From Psammoneis japonica (Eukaryota): a DNA stretch of 51,659 nt. The notes under the pieces are model-generated. The model was not told the origin of the DNA. It searched no databases and was given only the letters and a program-made list of their open reading frames with translations. The position numbers and the translations under genes were made by a program. The stretch's first letter is position 1. Each line of letters begins with the position of its first letter. Below are positions 47,029 through 51,659 of this stretch, piece after piece. The stretch spans positions 186,001 to 237,659 of the forward strand of contig QPGO01000128.1 in the NCBI GenBank assembly GCA_008632985.1, written 5' to 3'.

Positions 47029-49752
47029 TCAGGCAATGCCATTCTTTGATTCATCATCGGTGCATTGCGAGGCAACTTCGGATGCTGACTCGTCAATCCT
47101 ACCAAGGGGTTCAGGATATCGAACGTAACCCTGAAGCCGGTTCACAATGGGCGGGGATGCTGCAACCGAAATGCTGTTATCGTCAATTTCCTCGCCACGG
47201 TATCCCTTCTGGATGCGGTGGATTGCACTCTCAGAGAGACGAATCTGATAGGTTTCACCATCCACAATCAGTTTTGCAGACCTACCCGATCCTTTTTCTA
47301 AGAACGATGGAGTGGTGATGGGTTGAGCACGAAGGGGCTCTGTGTCAACACGAGAGGTTTCGTCACCAACACCAAAGAGTCCACCTCCAACCGGGGTGGA
47401 TCTCATCTTTTGACGCACACCACGTTTCCGGCGTTGCGAAGGACCACTAGACGCGAGCGTCGGCTCGGGAATAGACACTTCATTGAGAATTTCCTCCACG
47501 GTGCGTTCCTTGGTGGCGGTTGTTTGCTTCGTGCGACTCTTTTCCAAATTTCGCGATGCTTCCGCAAGAAGCTTTTCCGAAATATTACGGCGTTTGACCT
47601 TGTTTCGATCACCCTCTACCTCCTCCACGACCTCTTCCACAACACCCGGAAACCAACGCTGAACCTTGATTTTCGCTTCCGCAGGCATTACCTCTTCGAG
47701 AGCTGTTTTGATTTCCTCCATGCGATCCTCCACAGACTTGGCGGCTTCCGCTTCATCAATGATAAAGTTATCCTTTGCGTAAACTTCATTGACCAGGGTG
47801 GTGTCGACACCACGGGGATGCCACGAACGATGGTCAATAATTGCTAATCCCTTCTTGTTCATTGTGTTCATGAGAGTATGAAGCAAACCCCATTGAGACT
47901 TGGATTGCGTCTGAATACACAAAAAGAGCGACTGACGGCTCTTGATTGCTTCCTATACCGTTCAAAAAAAACATGAAACGAAAAAAAGTAAGCAACTTCT
48001 TACAAAGAATGGAACGAACTTTGGATTCCGTTTCTGCGATTGATATTTAGGATAACTTACCCACAAATGGTGCTCTCTTTGTTCGGATGTCATTTCTCCC
48101 GTGACATCTTCGGCTCCGATTGAATCTTGCGCTTGATCTCATCCTCCGCTGCCTTCATAACAATCCGCTCGGCCTTTTTGTTGTAGTAGCTAATTGTAAA
48201 CCTCAGCGCAAAGGGCGGCACAATTGTAGACAAGAGCACAGCCAAAACCAAGGAGGCGTACAAAATTTTATCAATCAATTCATTGTCCACTGCAAAGACG
48301 GCAATCACAAAGGCGAATTCCCCCTCGGCCGCCATACTGAAACCCGTCACGAGGCAGTCACGAAGGTGCATGCCCTGGAATCGTTTCGTTTGGTTAAAGT
48401 TGGGAACCAAGAAACCAACTCCCAATTTACCAAGGAGTGCAAGTGTAAAGACGAGTCCCTGCCAAATGACTGTGCCATTGCCAAAGTCCTTGATGGGAAC
48501 TTGGAAACTGAATATAGTCGAACAAACGAAACATCATCAGAATATATTTCAAGACGATGAACAACTTGTTTTCCACCCTAGTCACACACTTACCCAATAC
48601 TGGCTGCAAAAAAGATACGCATAAGCCATTGAAGAAGGCGTTTGAATTGACTGATGAAAAGCATGTGCAATCCGTGCGAGCGGCAAAAGGCCAATCCAGC
48701 CAAAAAGGCACCCATGAGAAAACTCGCCTTGGCATAGTACGTGGCCGGCATGAGTCCGATCAAGAGACCCAACATGATTAGCATTTCAATCTTTGGCTGA
48801 ATCTCGTGCTCAAACCTGTACAAGACATACTTTTCCAAAATGGGAGGAAGAATCACAATCGCAATGTATCCGCCCACACCAAAAAGAGCAGAGCCGAAAG
48901 AATCGGGATCAAGACCGATTGCACGGTAATGTCCGACGTGAGTGCCTCCAATTGAGACAAAATCACAAGAGCAATCATGTCGTCAATGACTGCCGCGGAA
49001 ATAATCAATTGACCAACGGGACTGGCGTGGTGTTAAAAGAGAAAATGCTTGAGTTTCGTTTCTTCAAATTTCTCGCAAAATTACAATTTCATACAAGTTG
49101 TATATACTCACGTATTGACAATCTTTCCCTGCCTCAATACATTCATGGCAATCCCCAGTGAGGTAGGTCCAAAGGTTGCACCTGCTGCAATTGCACCCTT
49201 GGTATCTGTTCCAATGGCAAAGGCAATCGCCATACCAATGGCAATCGGTAAAATCGACCCCACGATTGCAATAATGACACCCCTCGTTCCAATCAGCTTG
49301 AGAGTCGTCATATTGACATCAATACCCGCCTCCAATACCAACAAGACCAGGCTAATATGGAGTAGATTGGAAGAAAGAGTAGGAATGCATAAGATATAAT
49401 CGTATGAATAAAATGAAAAGAAAATAACAAAACACAAAATCAGTACGATTGGATATACCGGTACTCACCCCAATTCACCCAACAAGACCCACATTTTTGG
49501 AAGTGGTACAAAATCGGCAAGAGGTGGACCCAACAATATACCGCATACAATTTCACCCACCAAACTGGGCATACGCAATAGATGGGAAGCGATCCATCCC
49601 GATAAATAAATACAAGTCAGAAACAAGACGGAATAATATAGATCGTTAAACTCAATGTGAACACCAAAGCTCGAGTGTTCCTCATCGCCTTCTCCACCGC
49701 CGAGCCATCGTGACGCTGCCTCGTACAAGATGCGTTCGAGATGGAGAACCAT
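47029..49752 (-). CDS. Cation:proton antiporter (CPA2-like Na+/K+:H+ exchanger) with a long hydrophilic C-terminus; about five exons, with apparent frameshifts
   Basis: PSLVGEIVCGILLGP, LLVLEAGID, PTSLGIA, AAVIDD (about 48980-49000), MGAFLAGL, FFAASIG and GEFAFVIA. Confidence 0.88.
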
Positions 49753-50325
49753 GGTTTTGTTGTGCAGTTTCACTTGAATGAGCGATCTTCTGATGCTGCC
49801 CCTGCAATTGCTTCGCGTTGGTGTCGTTCGCCACGACGAAGGTTGTGATTTTTGTGCCGTCGTTTTTCGCGGAATTTTTGGTCGCCACTTGGTCGGTGGT
49901 GGGAAAGCACAGGCTGGTATGTTGAGTCGTAGCTGTTACGTGAATGTCTTTGAACATATCATTTATTGGTTCTTATATTTTTCAAATTCGAAATGTCCTT
50001 CAAGTTGCTAATGAGCGTCTTCAGATTCTAATATATACATTCAACTCTACGCAAATACAGAAATCTCGCGTTGGTCGCTGGTGCGTGGACGACGAGCAGG
50101 CGGGCAGACGGCGGAGAATGCATCGTCTGACCGCATCCCGCAACTAGAGAGGATGACGGACACAGGACAGGCTAAATGTTACCGCTCTTACTTGAAAATA
50201 TCACGTGTAAAATATACTGGATTCAGTGTATGTAGAATTAACCGTGAAGTCTGTACGATCGCACGCGGAGCACCGCATGCCGCAGTCGCACCGTGAAAAC
50301 GCACAGGCAAAATCATCAACACACC

Positions 50326-51179
50326 ATGGTGGCAGCGGTGAGCAATAAAGAGCATCGTCGTTGGAGAGTATCATTTGTTATTGATGGCATATCGTGTTGT
50401 AGAGATTGATTGTCAATTGGTTGGCGTTCTGGTATCATGATGAATGAATCAGCAGAGACGGTCGTTGTCGTTTCGTGTCGCTCGTCTTATCGGGTACTGG
50501 GTCCGGTATGTTTCTCACATTTTGTTGTTATTTTTCATTACCATGGTTCAGAGTGCTAAAAGTCCGCGGTATTATCCCGCAGAAGACGTTAAGCCTTCTA
50601 AAGCAGTACACAAGGTCAAACAAAATGTATGTTTCTTCTGTGTGTTGTTGTTGAGAGATTGGCTCTTGTGCTGTTTTGTATGCTAAACTCATCTTTCTCT
50701 ACTTCACTACTTTTTCGCAGCCCCCTCGTGTTCGGTCATCGATTTCTCCGGGAACAATTCTCATTTTGTTGGCGGGTCGATTCCGCGGTCGTCGCGTCGT
50801 GTGTCTCAAGGCACTCAAGAGCGGTCTGTTGTTGGTGAGTGGTCCGTACAAGATCAACGGCGTTCCACTCCGTCGTGTCAATCAAGCCTATGTGATTGCG
50901 ACAAGCACCAAGCTCGATGTCAGTGGAGTCAATGTCGATTCTTTTACGGATGAATACTTTGATCGTTCCAAGGATGAACCGAAAGAAGACGGTGAAGACG
51001 AATTCTTTGAGGGTGATGCACCCAAACCGGCGGTTGTTTCCGACCAACGCAAGGCGGACCAAGCCACGGTCGATGGGGCCTTGTTGAAAGCTGTGGAGAG
51101 TGTGCCAATGATGGAGGGATACTTGGCAGCCAAGTTTTCTCTTGGAGCCAAGGATAAGCCACACAAGATGATTTTCTAA
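50326..51179 (+). CDS. RPL6: 60S ribosomal protein L6 (eL6); intron 50627-50720, and probably a first intron 50338-50551 after a 4-codon exon (alternative start 50543)
   Basis: RYYPAED, PGTILILLAGRFRGRRVV, LLVSGPYKINGVPLRRVNQAYVIATSTK and PHKMIF. ATGGTGGCAGCG|GTGAGC splices in frame to TTCAG|AGTGCT. Confidence 0.96.
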
Positions 51180-51659
51180 AGAAAAGAAAAGTTTGACGTA
51201 TTATAAAAGAACTGTTTATGGAAACACTGTACTGCGACTATTCCAATTGATGCAGCTCGGTCTGTGCTGAGCCCATGTTGCCACCAAATCTTGAAAGGAT
51301 GAACAGGTCATTGGAGCAGATTTGAATGCAGCCAATTTGTTCCTTGACTTCGCTGGTAGGAATCCAGAAAACGCCCGAAGAGAGAGCTCATCCTCATCTG
51401 TGTCGCTGCACCTACTTTTCGACACAAAGTACGACAACGCGGCGTAGCAAATGGGAAGCTTGACTCTGACCGTCATCAGCATCTTAGGTTTAGAGATATC
51501 TTGCTATACAGGGCATCAAACAATACAATGCAATCAAATAACACCGCTGAACAGATTATAACTACGAGGCGCATTCAATCCCTGGTCCATTCACTCCTTG
51601 CGCTGGTCTCCTTCTAACTCATTATTCTTTTTGCGACTGTCGTTCTTATATTGAATCCA

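Noticed and set aside
50338..50551. Box C/D snoRNA in the longer first intron of RPL6
   Set aside because: ATGATGA is present at 50437, but I found no downstream CTGA box or terminal stem within the intron.
51216..51659. Minus-strand ORF at the right edge
   Set aside because: No recognisable domain. It may be the 3' end of a gene outside the window but cannot be supported.

Overview
Eukaryotic nuclear DNA, very probably a pennate diatom: short GT-AG introns of about 80-110 nt, bipartite-type plastid presequences, and a silaffin/cingulin-like repeat protein. Ordinary genes include a plastid RelA/SpoT homologue, a LamG protein, an amino-acid permease, a YkgJ-type protein, presenilin, a Rab GTPase, an NDUFA3-like subunit, mTERF, TANGO2/NRDE, a cation:proton antiporter and RPL6. 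They are interleaved with five tracts that are almost devoid of TpA and, in their cores, also of CpG. These tracts contain decayed duplicates of neighbouring genes and a Ty3/Gypsy integrase relic. Paralogue pairs inside the window show TpA->TpG/CpA changes (Tyr->Cys/His) on top of CpG decay, which suggests a repeat-associated A:T->G:C hypermutation process running opposite to fungal RIP. The second highlight is a thioredoxin-like + hemerythrin gene (30818-31800) with two in-frame TGA codons and a well-formed SECIS-like hairpin in its 3' UTR, i.e. a candidate two-selenocysteine protein. Many otherwise intact genes carry single-base frameshifts, probably assembly errors. All alignments and counts were made by eye.
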